The notes below the pieces were generated by a model. That model ran no database searches. It worked only from the letters and a program-made list of their open reading frames with translations, and was not told the DNA's origin. A DNA stretch of 64,000 nucleotides from Promethearchaeota archaeon (lineage in GTDB: Archaea; Asgardarchaeota; Hermodarchaeia; Hermodarchaeales; Hermodarchaeaceae). How positions within the stretch are numbered: position 1 is the stretch's first letter; each line of letters starts with the position of its first letter. This document shows positions 29,731-39,449 of this stretch, in pieces. The stretch spans positions 1 through 64,000 of the forward strand of contig JBHLMG010000011.1 in NCBI GenBank assembly GCA_048938385.1, in the 5' to 3' direction. The translations under genes and the position numbers were made by a program.

Positions 29731-30519
29731 CTATTCAGAGGTAGTTGAAAATCCCAGCATTCGTGGTATTAGTTCTTCTAACGCCGCAGAGAGTGTTGGT
29801 CCCTTTGGATTTCGAGTTTCATAATACGAAATCCCTAACTTTTGGGCTAGTAATTTACCCTGTTTACGGGTGACTTTTCGGCGACCAGCATGTTGGTTTT
29901 TGTGACCAATGAGGATGGAGGGGATATTACCACTGGTTTGTTGTATGATCTCATGAAGTGTTGGTAGGTGAGCTAATCCTTCTTTGTTGAGAACATCAAA
30001 GATGTATAGGGCACCATGAGCCCCCTGATAATATGTACGGCGGTCAGGATCTTGTGGTGGGAGTACATTCCAAGCTAGGACACGAATGCGATTGTCAGCG
30101 TTCTTGAAGTCACGCACTGCTAGTGTAAATCCAAGGGTTAATCGATAGTCTCGAGGGCTGAGTTCAAAGCCCGATCGTTTTAACAGTGGTAACACATCGA
30201 AGGCTCGGTCACTAACCACGAGAAGTTTCAATCCGAATTTTCGTTGGGTGAGTTCACCAGCGAGGCGCTGTCCCGATTCAATGATAATGCCCCCGGGGAG
30301 AATTTGTTTGTCCGCCAGCCAAGTGTGAAACTTAACAGCCATTTTTGCTTCTTGCTGTTTAATTGGGTCAAGGTGAGCACGAGATTTTAATGTCTGTGCC
30401 GTGGCTTCGTCGTTGACGACAGTTAATCGCATATCGAAACGTTGCAATAGAGTGTGGCAACTAGGGCATTGCCCGTGTTCATCGGGCTTTACTGTTTTTC
30501 CACAAGACCAGCACTGCAA
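29731..30519 (-). CDS. Zinc-ribbon plus degenerate Rab-like small GTPase domain (pseudoGTPase)
   Basis: CWSC/CPSC N-terminus. LKLLVV, DYRLTLG, RVLAW, YYQGAHGALYIFDV, IPSILIGHK, RKVT, LGISYYET match the Rab scaffold, but the G-motifs are degenerate. Confidence 0.8.
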   Translation of the reverse strand: MQCWSCGKTVKPDEHGQCPSCHTLLQRFDMRLTVVNDEATAQTLKSRAHLDPIKQQEAKMAVKFHTWLADKQILPGGIIIESGQRLAGELTQRKFGLKLLVVSDRAFDVLPLLKRSGFELSPRDYRLTLGFTLAVRDFKNADNRIRVLAWNVLPPQDPDRRTYYQGAHGALYIFDVLNKEGLAHLPTLHEIIQQTSGNIPSILIGHKNQHAGRRKVTRKQGKLLAQKLGISYYETRNPKGPTLSAALEELIPRMLGFSTTSE

Positions 30520-30620
30520 GGTGATATGCTCCCATCTGGAAGAAAATCAAAATAAAACGAATTCGAGTACCAGATATACTTTGTGTTAATTGTGGAATCC
30601 GTGATGAATCAAGATAGTCA

Positions 30621-31361
30621 TCAGCGTTCTTGTTTGATTAGCACGACATGGTGATAACCATCATTGTTGAGGTCTTTGCTGATGGTCCATTGGGCCTTTT
30701 CGATGGTGTCAAAGAATTCTTGGAATGTGGGTAGCCAGAGTGGGAACCAACTCGAAGCATACGCGAGATATCGCCAGCGTAACCGGATTTGACCAATAGG
30801 GAGGCCCTCGGCACGGTTGCGTTGATGAAGGGCGAGGTGATAAGGTTTCTTAGTTCCTGATGGATCTGCAAAAGAGAGTAAGATTTTAGCTTGGCGGGAA
30901 CCGAGTTGATGAATACGGTTGAGCATCTTTACAGTATCCGTTGGGGTTCCACAGATTCCAAAATTGTTGAAAAGTAACAGGAAGGTATTGAAGGATTGCT
31001 GAAAGGATGGAAGGTTGGTTGCAGAGCCGTGAACGGTCTTTTTCAGGCCTCGTTGCCTACAGACAGAGATGGCACCTTCAGAGATATCAAACCCTGTCAC
31101 ATCCATGCCTTGCTCCTGAAGATAAAGCGCATGACGGCCCGCACCACAACCGATATCGAGTATTGGGGATTCGGCGTGTTGAAGGATTTCTCGTTCATGA
31201 GCTGGCCACTCCTCAACAGTGGTAAAATACTTCTGCGCGGTGGGGCAATCGATGTACCCATCGTCTCGTTCAAGCCCATGGTAGATTGGTTCCGTGGAAT
31301 CAAGCTGAGCTTTGAGAATTCGTCCAAAGACATCAGGGGTTTCCTGAAGTTCTAAGAGCAT
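30621..31361 (-). CDS. Class I SAM-dependent methyltransferase
   Basis: ERDDG, ILDIGCGAGRHALYLQ, GFDIS, NNFGICG. Confidence 0.9.
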   Translation of the reverse strand: MLLELQETPDVFGRILKAQLDSTEPIYHGLERDDGYIDCPTAQKYFTTVEEWPAHEREILQHAESPILDIGCGAGRHALYLQEQGMDVTGFDISEGAISVCRQRGLKKTVHGSATNLPSFQQSFNTFLLLFNNFGICGTPTDTVKMLNRIHQLGSRQAKILLSFADPSGTKKPYHLALHQRNRAEGLPIGQIRLRWRYLAYASSWFPLWLPTFQEFFDTIEKAQWTISKDLNNDGYHHVVLIKQER

Positions 31362-31536
31362 ACTCTCACTTCAAAGTGACTAAGGACATCCAGTTAAATA
31401 AGCGCTAGGTCTGTAGACCTTACTTTAGCTAGCTTCTTGTTCTAAAAGCCTTATTTCCTTCATACAACCATGGGAACTTGAACGCATAGATTTTTGGACT
31501 ATTCTGTCCAATACTACATGAACGGGAGGGTTTCAT

Positions 31537-34416
31537 TTGCAAGCACGGCGCTTGACGCTTATTTTCGTGGTGATCACCAGTATTTTCATTAGTGCCATCA
31601 TTTACCTGGTCATTGTTCAAGGCCCTCTTCTGTACAACCTCATCTTTGGTATCGGTGGCATCGTGGGACTCATCTTAAGTGTCCTTTCGCTTTTTATCGT
31701 GCCCAAAGAACGAGCCGAAGCTCCCCCTATGTACAAGCTAGAATCCATTTTGCGTAAAGGCGAATACATTAACCCTCAATTTCTTCGAGAGGATCCCGCC
31801 TGGGTGGATTTTGAATACAACCACTTTTACCCTCATCCTAAGGTTCCTGAACTTATCAGTCTCCTTGAAACCCCCTGGCCGTTCAAAGGGTCTAGTGCCA
31901 CCCAATTAGGAAAGAAAGAACGAAGTGCTAAAGCGCCGCACCTCTATGTCACTGGACCTCCCAGTACAGGGAAAACCATTCTGATGAAACAGCTCGGATT
32001 TCAACTAGCGCAAAAACAACGAGGACTCTTTCGTCAATCCCGACCCGTCTACCTGGTGGAATTCAAAACTCTCCCACCTGAAGCGGACATCATCGCTGGA
32101 GGTATCGATCGGCTCCTCGCCGCTATCAAGGAAGACGACAGTCGCTTCCAATACCTATTCCTTGATGATGTGCACCTCAACCCACGGTTAGCCAATTCAA
32201 TCACTAAACAGCTCTCTGGCAGCCAAACCGCCCTCATCTATTCAGGACGGTTAGGTTTTCAAGACCATTATCCTGCTAATGAAACCGAATTCTTACGGAG
32301 AGATCGCTTATCCCATGTAATAATCGAACTGGATCGAATACAAATACAAAACTTCGTGGACTGGTTTTCTCGCCAAACAAATCTCAATCCAGAATTACAG
32401 CCCCGACTCGATGAGCTTCAAAGGGAATGTGGCAACGATCTCTGGCTCCTTGGTCAACTCCTCTTATACTGGCTGGCTCATCCTGAGCACACTCCTACAG
32501 TAGATGACTTGTATCATACCATTGCGAACCATATTCGTGTTACTTACCGGGCCAACCCAGCATCCTGGACCGCTCTCATTTGTGTGGCTGGCTATTTTCA
32601 GTACGAATGGGGTGTACCTCAGGACTACCTGACAGCACAAGCAGGTATGGGACTTGCAGTGGAAACCATTGAAGGATTAAAGCAAACCCGTGACCTCACT
32701 GTCATTGAAGATATCGAAGCACGAGATCGTTCGAGGCAATCCATTGAACTAGGTTATCACCATTCCTCTAAAGCCCGGCACTGGTTTGGCGCTGGTCTAA
32801 TCGCACCAGACTTGTGTCAGCACCTTCGGGATATCATCGACAACCGACTCTCTGAATTAAAATCTGAAAACCTCATCGCAGATCTAGTCCAAACTTACAT
32901 CCTCTTTTGTACTCGTACACCTACCATTCAGAATGCTGAAAAGGTTACTCATTTACTTCTTGATATTGGACAAAATGATGTAGAACTTCTAGCAACAATA
33001 ATTGAGCTTCGCTCAACAGAACTAAAGCGAATTCAAGAAGCGTGTACTCCCGAGGCCTTGGTCTTTGGCTGGGCTCAAATATACCGATTTCTCAATCAAA
33101 GGGATAAAGCCCTTGAAATATGTTCTAAAGCGTTGAAACTAAAAGAGTTTCCTGAAGCATATGACATGCAAGGAACACTTTACTATGAAACAGGGCATGC
33201 GAAGAGCTGCTTAGAGGCCAATGAAAAAGCGTTTTCTCTCGCAGTCGAACAAGATAATAAGAAAATGCAGATTTCTGCTTTAGATGGAATAGGATGGATT
33301 CTGGCTGTTTTAGGCCAAATTGAAGAAGCGATAAAAAAACACAAAGCCGCAAGTGAAATCCTCCAAGGGCTCTCGGATCCGATGATAGAAGCTCAGCACC
33401 TTAATGCTTTTGCAACAACACTGGCAAATGCTGAACAACATGAAGAGAGCTTAGAGAAATACCAGCGGGCCCTAGAAATCATGGAAGAGATAGGCGATCG
33501 ACGCGGATATGCGTCATACTTGGCGAACACAGCGATAACCATGATCAAAGTTGGTAGACTCGACAAAGCCACCGATGCGGCTTATCGAGCCTTTTATGAA
33601 CTTAAAGAAAGAGGACACATCCACAACGCCGCCTTGGCTCTTGGAAACATTGCGATGGTTCATTTTTTGAAGGGTGAACTAGAAGAAGGAGTAGATGTGG
33701 AACAAAAAGTTCATCAACTCCTTCTAGAGGCGAAAAGCAAAACCTTTGCGAGCATTAGGATGTTGATACGGACTAGAGCCCTCATAGAGTTGGGACGATT
33801 TGACGAAGCCCATGAAATCCTTGAAGCTGAAATCAAAGAAAATGAAGAACTCGATGAGCCCTGGATGGTTGCCTGGGCTCTCTCATTGATTAGCTATCTA
33901 GAGCTTTTACAAGGGAAATCTAAGGTTGCATTAAAAACTATCAAGAAAGCCTATGCCAAGGCTGAACATGAACCACTTCTTAAGGCTTCTCAGCACCTTA
34001 ATGTTCTGTGGATTTGGGGAAAAGTCCTGATCGACCTTGAACAACATGAAGCGGCATTAGCAAAGCTTTACCAAGGTCAAAAGGAATTCAAGGCATTTTC
34101 ACCAGGGATCTTAATATCTGATTATTTAACAGACATTGGGTTTGCTTTGCTTGGCCTGTCACGATTCGACGAAGCAGAACAACAATTTCTTAAAGCCCAA
34201 GAAACTGCAGAAAGACTCAAAGCACCCTATATTCTTGTCCGTGTGTATTACGGATTAGCGTTAATGCATCTTCGCCTTAATCAGTATACACAAGCGTTAA
34301 GTCTTGTTGCCCAATCCCTGCAACTAAGCGAGAAGATGAAACTCGTTCCATTCCATACCGAATCCAAGGCATTGCAAACGGAAATTCAACGAGCCATGAA
34401 TTCAACAAAGGATTAG
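31537..34416 (+). CDS. Membrane-anchored STAND-like P-loop NTPase with C-terminal TPR repeats
   Basis: Two N-terminal TMs, Walker A GPPSTGKT, Walker B YLFLDD, IYSGR, and about 400 aa of TPR-like repeats (ALDGIGWILAVLGQIEEA, LGNIAMVHFLKGELEE). Confidence 0.8.
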   Translation: MQARRLTLIFVVITSIFISAIIYLVIVQGPLLYNLIFGIGGIVGLILSVLSLFIVPKERAEAPPMYKLESILRKGEYINPQFLREDPAWVDFEYNHFYPHPKVPELISLLETPWPFKGSSATQLGKKERSAKAPHLYVTGPPSTGKTILMKQLGFQLAQKQRGLFRQSRPVYLVEFKTLPPEADIIAGGIDRLLAAIKEDDSRFQYLFLDDVHLNPRLANSITKQLSGSQTALIYSGRLGFQDHYPANETEFLRRDRLSHVIIELDRIQIQNFVDWFSRQTNLNPELQPRLDELQRECGNDLWLLGQLLLYWLAHPEHTPTVDDLYHTIANHIRVTYRANPASWTALICVAGYFQYEWGVPQDYLTAQAGMGLAVETIEGLKQTRDLTVIEDIEARDRSRQSIELGYHHSSKARHWFGAGLIAPDLCQHLRDIIDNRLSELKSENLIADLVQTYILFCTRTPTIQNAEKVTHLLLDIGQNDVELLATIIELRSTELKRIQEACTPEALVFGWAQIYRFLNQRDKALEICSKALKLKEFPEAYDMQGTLYYETGHAKSCLEANEKAFSLAVEQDNKKMQISALDGIGWILAVLGQIEEAIKKHKAASEILQGLSDPMIEAQHLNAFATTLANAEQHEESLEKYQRALEIMEEIGDRRGYASYLANTAITMIKVGRLDKATDAAYRAFYELKERGHIHNAALALGNIAMVHFLKGELEEGVDVEQKVHQLLLEAKSKTFASIRMLIRTRALIELGRFDEAHEILEAEIKENEELDEPWMVAWALSLISYLELLQGKSKVALKTIKKAYAKAEHEPLLKASQHLNVLWIWGKVLIDLEQHEAALAKLYQGQKEFKAFSPGILISDYLTDIGFALLGLSRFDEAEQQFLKAQETAERLKAPYILVRVYYGLALMHLRLNQYTQALSLVAQSLQLSEKMKLVPFHTESKALQTEIQRAMNSTKD

Positions 34417-34592
34417 AGAGAACGGGACGAAAACTAATTTTCTATATCCCTTTTGATGTTTCCTGCCACTAGCGCAATGATTGTCCAAATGTCAGACCCT
34501 TAGCTATGTGAACACTCGCGAATTCTTTGAAGCATTGGAAGCTTGTGTGATTCCTATCCAACTTAAATCCACGAAGTAATCCAAACTCAGAA

Positions 34593-35846
34593 TCATCGAG
34601 GACTAAAAGTGGCTGAGTTATCAATGTGGGTTATAGTGCTTGTCAAGCCATTAAAGGTATTAGTGTCTAAAATGGCTTCCAAGTCAGCTACTATTGCTGC
34701 AGAGATACCTAATGTTTTACCTAGCAGTCCTTGCTGCCGAAGGGTCGCCAAGTCTGGAACCCCTTTCTCAATTTTCACTGCAAGCTCATAATAACGCTCC
34801 CATGAGGGTTTTGGATTCCCTAGGGTCACTGATTGATAAAATACAAAGTCTAGCAATCGATTTAACACCTGAACATTCGCTTTTGGTTCTTCCGATGGCA
34901 TGTGGCGAATCGACCGGTCTGGGATTCCGACTTGTTGGCAGATTTTCCGACCTTGAATCATCACATTCACGGGCAGGCGATCGACGATTGGATGGCCATA
35001 CATGTGATTGTTCGCATAGATGCTTTGAAGCTGATCGTAATGTTCTGGCACTTGGTGGCGAACTACATTGAAGAAGTAATCTTTTTGTCGTCCTGGTTTA
35101 AGGGTCATGCCGGCAAACAGGATGAATTCAGCATTCGCCTTCTTCGCCTCGATAGCAAGTCCTCGCATATTATCGTAGGTATCGCCAATGGTGGGGATCG
35201 TCGGATAGGCCATCACTCCACCATATAGGCCTGCGTTACGAATTTGTTTTAACGCATCAAATCGTTCCTGGGTCGAAGAGGATTTGGGTTCAAAAACGAT
35301 TCTCACCTCTTCGTCATGAAGGGTGATGCTAAAACATACGCTGGCAAAAGCCTGCCTGTGGATCTCCTTCAAGAGGTCAAGATCTCGGAGAACGAGATTT
35401 GATTTGGTTAATATGAAGACAGGTAGACGAAAATCGTGTACAGTTTCAAGAACCTGTCTTGTCACTTTGTACTTTTCTTCGGCTGGTTGGTATGCATCGG
35501 ATACGCCACCCGAAACGCCGATGATGATTTTTCGTGGTCCCTGGTCCATCAATTTTTCTGCGTCTTGGTCCTTTAGGAACCGAACTAAAGTATCTGATTG
35601 CATTGTGCTCTGGGATTGAAACTTTTGCCGTTCTAGTTCTCGCCGTAGTACCTGTGGAGCGTTTTCTTTGATGCGAATGTGTGTATAGAAGTTATCAATG
35701 CGGTAATACTGGCAGTGACCGTCACAGTAGACGCAGCCATGTTCGCAGCCTCGATAAGAGTTCATGGAGCGATTGCTGTGAAACCAAGCGTCACCATAAA
35801 TTGGCTTGGAGAGCAGAGTTTTGGCTTGAATGGTTTCGTAACGCAT
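34593..35846 (-). CDS. Radical SAM protein, SplB/Rv2578c-like family
   Basis: NSYRGCEHGCVYCD, SDAYQPAE, ILTKSNLVLRDLDLL, FEPKSSSTQERF. Likely start MRYETIQAK at 35846 (ORF track gives 35999). Confidence 0.88.
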   Translation of the reverse strand: MRYETIQAKTLLSKPIYGDAWFHSNRSMNSYRGCEHGCVYCDGHCQYYRIDNFYTHIRIKENAPQVLRRELERQKFQSQSTMQSDTLVRFLKDQDAEKLMDQGPRKIIIGVSGGVSDAYQPAEEKYKVTRQVLETVHDFRLPVFILTKSNLVLRDLDLLKEIHRQAFASVCFSITLHDEEVRIVFEPKSSSTQERFDALKQIRNAGLYGGVMAYPTIPTIGDTYDNMRGLAIEAKKANAEFILFAGMTLKPGRQKDYFFNVVRHQVPEHYDQLQSIYANNHMYGHPIVDRLPVNVMIQGRKICQQVGIPDRSIRHMPSEEPKANVQVLNRLLDFVFYQSVTLGNPKPSWERYYELAVKIEKGVPDLATLRQQGLLGKTLGISAAIVADLEAILDTNTFNGLTSTITHIDNSATFSPR

Positions 35847-36102
35847 GAGTGTCTCCACAGTTTTTGCTGTATATTGCAGCGTGTATGGTAACATTAACCT
35901 TGTGTATTTCTGGAGAATTGAAATCAGGAACTGATCACGATTAGTCAGGGCTAGGGGTGGAAGGTTATCAGGTATTAGACATGAAAACACATTGAGCATG
36001 TAATCTAATTGTTCATCGCCTTTTCAGGAGGGCGTAATACCACTAGGCTTTTCCTTAGCTTTTTTGGTGCTTGATACGCTGACTTTGAATGGCTAAGAGG
36101 TG

Positions 36103-36471
36103 CTAGGTGTTATGGCACCCATTAATCTGTTCAATGACTTGGTAGATGAATTCACCAAACTGGCCAGTATCTTTGATTTTCGTTTTGATTTCACCACGGA
36201 GGATGGATTCATCCACACCCACATCGAGTTGGCTTAAAACCACAATTTCAGTGAGTAAGTCTAAGAGGAGGCGTTGTTCTCGACGCGATAGGTTCGGTCC
36301 GAGCTTATCTAAGAGGTAAAACGCGTCAGTGAACTGAAGACTTTCTACGGAGGCTAGTTGGGCAATAGCAGTATTGGTGTCACCAGCAAGAAAGTCCTTC
36401 CCAATACGAAGAAGGCGTTCACAAGCCTTAGCGTGGTTTACTACTGTGTTTTTTTGTTTGCTTACTGACAT
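36103..36471 (-). CDS. Hypothetical helical protein coupled to the upstream regulator
   Basis: 122-aa ORF whose ATG directly follows the regulator stop (TAAATG). Confidence 0.65.
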   Translation of the reverse strand: MSVSKQKNTVVNHAKACERLLRIGKDFLAGDTNTAIAQLASVESLQFTDAFYLLDKLGPNLSRREQRLLLDLLTEIVVLSQLDVGVDESILRGEIKTKIKDTGQFGEFIYQVIEQINGCHNT

Positions 36472-37140
36472 TTATTCCCGCTCCCTTCTCGGCGTAATGC
36501 GAATCCGTTGAATATGATCTCCAAAATCGATGTGACCCACCCATTGCACCCGAACATCCCCAGCTATCCGTTTAAGCTGTCGCAAGAATTCTCTTTTGAA
36601 AAAACCACCAATGCCTGGCGGCGCAGTATTCACTACTTCACGAAACATGAAGTTTCGGATCACGATAACGAAGAATTCTTGATCCTGGTTTAGACTAGCG
36701 TAGCAACCATAGGCGTTAAGGGCTTGAACAATTTGATCCAGACGGTCCTGAAGGCTTCCGCTTGGTTTATCGGGAAAAATTTGTTTCCACAGGATGCGTA
36801 AGCTTTGTCGGATCAGGTCGTTGATGGTTTTAGTATCGAAAGATTGGTTCAGTGTTTGTAAGAGTGCAGCGGTGACTTGAGCGGTTTTTTGAGGGAATAA
36901 AGTGAGGGCGAGGGGTGTGAGTGAGTAAAGACGCTTTGGACGGCCACGCTCAGCGGGTTCGCGGCGAGAAGATACTAGTCCAGCAAGTTCCATGGCATCG
37001 AGGTGGTTGCGTATGGCGCTGATATTGATGTCTAGACGGTTTGCTAGGGTAACTGCATTAGCATCGGCATCCAGTAGGTGCTCTAAAATGGCTCGGCGAG
37101 TCCCTGTAATCATTGGGGAGAGTTGGTTGTCCGATGTCAC
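36472..37140 (-). CDS. Winged-HTH transcriptional regulator (ArsR/SufR-like, COG2345 type)
   Basis: TRRAILEHL, LANRLDINISAIRNHLDAMELAGLV, GRPKRLYSLT, LFPQK. Confidence 0.85.
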   Translation of the reverse strand: MTSDNQLSPMITGTRRAILEHLLDADANAVTLANRLDINISAIRNHLDAMELAGLVSSRREPAERGRPKRLYSLTPLALTLFPQKTAQVTAALLQTLNQSFDTKTINDLIRQSLRILWKQIFPDKPSGSLQDRLDQIVQALNAYGCYASLNQDQEFFVIVIRNFMFREVVNTAPPGIGGFFKREFLRQLKRIAGDVRVQWVGHIDFGDHIQRIRITPRRERE

Positions 37141-37186
37141 GGTGCTGAACCTTGTTCAATCCCGTGCCGTTCTTATATTTAAATCA

Positions 37187-37212
37187 TTATAAACACTATA
37201 AAGTGACTATAA
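37187..37212. promoter_or_regulatory. Candidate palindromic operator upstream of the HTH regulator
   Basis: TTATA-aa-CACT-ataa-AGTG-ac-TATAA, next to a TATA-like TTTAAATATAA on the minus strand. Confidence 0.5.
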
Positions 37213-37302
37213 TATAGCTCATGAACGATTTTAGAATGAAAAGCAAATCACACTGCCGCGCAATCAACGCAACATTGCACAAACAGTCTTGCTCAAATTT
37301 GC

Positions 37303-38571
37303 CTATTCGTAGCGCAGTGCTTTGACCGGATCGAGCTTTGCGGCCTTGCGCGCAGGGTAGTAAGCAAAGATGACGCTCACCAGCATAGCAAAACCAATTG
37401 CGATTAAGATCGTGTCCAATGGGAGTACAGGAACTAATGTGATGGAGCCACCGCTGAAACCTCCGAATCCTCCAAATTCGCCTCCAAAACCACTTGACAT
37501 CCCGCTAAAGAGCAAGGGCAACATTAAACCCATTGCGTAAGCGAGAACCCAACCCACAAGAATTCCAACTAGTCCTCCGATGATACCAAGAAGAACAGCT
37601 TCAGTGAGGAATTGACTTAGAATATTTCGGTCTTTAGCCCCTATGGCTTTCATTATGCCAATTTCACGAGTTCGTTCCATTACCGAGACTAACATGATGT
37701 TGAGAATCGATATTCCTGCAACGAGCAAGGCAATAGAGGCAATAGCTAACAAAAAGACCTCCATGATATCAAAGACGCCTGAGACCGTGTTAATAATGAA
37801 GGTAGGTACGATCACAAGAACCTGATCTTCAAAAGCGCTCTCGATTTCGTCTGCAATTTCATCGGCTTGAGATGCATCTTCGATTCGGACAAGGATCATA
37901 TCTACAGCTTCCGAGTCGAAAAGGGTTTGATAGGTTTCCAGAGGAATGAATACGGATCGATCAAAAGGAAGCATTCCTGAAGATCCGACCTCTTCCAGAA
38001 CACCACCTACAATGAATGACACATTCACTGGAGCAAAACCAAAAGGTGGAATTCGTACAAGGATTTCAGCTGTGATGTTGTCACCAACGGACGCAATCGG
38101 ATCTTGAAGATAGCCTATCATACACGAATCATTAGATCCAAGATCTAGGAATCCACCTTCGGCGAATTCTAAACGGTGTCCATACACCACTTCAAGGTTA
38201 GTGAAATTCACACCCACCAATCGTGTTTCAAGTGTTCCGCCTGTTTCATTGTAGACGGTCGTTCCCGTCTGTGAAAAGCCTAAAGTTCCAACAACTCCAG
38301 TGATGTTCTCGATTAGCTGAGTGTCGTTCAAATTGAGTGAGAATGCTCCTCCTCCACCAAGGAATCCACCACCTGGCATTACTGTCAGAATGTCCATGTC
38401 AAGCCCTTCAGTGAGTTGTGTGGTTATTTGCGCTTCGAAACCTCCGCTAAGAGCAGAGATGGAGACGACGGCCATAATGCCCACTACGATACCCAAGGTT
38501 GTGAGCGCTGTACGTGTTTTCCGCCGTCGCATGTTTGTGAAGGCTAATCCGAGGATGTTGCGTATGTTCAT
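37303..38571 (-). CDS. ABC transporter permease, MacB/FtsX family
   Basis: RRKTRTALTTLGIVVGI, ILNIMLVSVMERTREIGIMKAIGA, YPARKAAKLDPVKALRYE. Confidence 0.95.
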   Translation of the reverse strand: MNIRNILGLAFTNMRRRKTRTALTTLGIVVGIMAVVSISALSGGFEAQITTQLTEGLDMDILTVMPGGGFLGGGGAFSLNLNDTQLIENITGVVGTLGFSQTGTTVYNETGGTLETRLVGVNFTNLEVVYGHRLEFAEGGFLDLGSNDSCMIGYLQDPIASVGDNITAEILVRIPPFGFAPVNVSFIVGGVLEEVGSSGMLPFDRSVFIPLETYQTLFDSEAVDMILVRIEDASQADEIADEIESAFEDQVLVIVPTFIINTVSGVFDIMEVFLLAIASIALLVAGISILNIMLVSVMERTREIGIMKAIGAKDRNILSQFLTEAVLLGIIGGLVGILVGWVLAYAMGLMLPLLFSGMSSGFGGEFGGFGGFSGGSITLVPVLPLDTILIAIGFAMLVSVIFAYYPARKAAKLDPVKALRYE

Positions 38572-39356
38572 TGAAGCGTCACCTCTGCACCACCAACGCG
38601 TTCATTAACGAATTTTCCATCACTCATCTCTATGACCCGGTCAGCTACCGATGTCAGCCGTTGGTCATGGCCAACTACAATAAGGGTCAGTCCCTGTGTT
38701 TTGGTAAGGTTTCGTAGGAGGGTGATGATTTCAGCACCTGTTTTTGAATCAAGGTTGCCAGTAGGTTCATCGGCTAGAATGATGCGGGGATTATTTGCCA
38801 ATGCACGGGCGATGGCTACTCGTTGCTGTTCGCCTCCACTAAGTTCAGATGGAATGTGGTGGCGTCTTTCACCCAGACCGATCATTGTCAAGAGTTCTTC
38901 TGCTCGTTTTCGTGCTGTGGCTGTTGGGACATCTGCGAACTTGAGAGGGAGTTCAACATTGGTTTGTGCTGTGAGTTGAGGCATGAGGTTGAAAAATTGG
39001 AAGACGAATCCAATGCGATGAAGCCGGACTTCAGCGAGCTTTTTGTTGTCCAAAGTGGACAAGTCGAGGCCTTCGATGAAGACTTTGCCTTCTGTCGGTT
39101 GATCAAGAGCTCCAATCAGGTGGAGCAAGGTGGATTTTCCACTACCAGAAACGCCTAAAATTGTAACAAATTCTCCTCGACGCACTTGTAGGTCAATCCC
39201 GCGGAGAGCGTGGACTTCAACGGTACCCATTTGGTAGGTTCTATGCAAGTTAATGGTTTCAATGGTATACGCTGATGTGCGAGATTGGTAATCATACAAG
39301 GCGGCAGTGAATTCCGCGCTCTCAGATTCTGGGTATTCTGTCAAATTCTTCACCAT
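38568..39356 (-). CDS. ABC transporter ATP-binding protein, LolD/MacB type
   Basis: GVSGSGKST, LSGGEQQRVAIARAL, ILADEPTGNLD. Confidence 0.95.
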   Translation of the reverse strand: MVKNLTEYPESESAEFTAALYDYQSRTSAYTIETINLHRTYQMGTVEVHALRGIDLQVRRGEFVTILGVSGSGKSTLLHLIGALDQPTEGKVFIEGLDLSTLDNKKLAEVRLHRIGFVFQFFNLMPQLTAQTNVELPLKFADVPTATARKRAEELLTMIGLGERRHHIPSELSGGEQQRVAIARALANNPRIILADEPTGNLDSKTGAEIITLLRNLTKTQGLTLIVVGHDQRLTSVADRVIEMSDGKFVNERVGGAEVTLQ

Positions 39357-39449
39357 TTGTTAGAAGGTCCTTCGGTGATGGGAAATTTATGATTCTAAAA
39401 AACATGAAATTAAACAACACATATAAGCTTTTGCGATTAATTATATGCT

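Noticed and set aside
39420-39447. CATATAA-N14-TTATATG as a PadR operator
   Set aside because: AT-rich, overlaps likely TATA elements and has a long spacer. It cannot be distinguished from chance.
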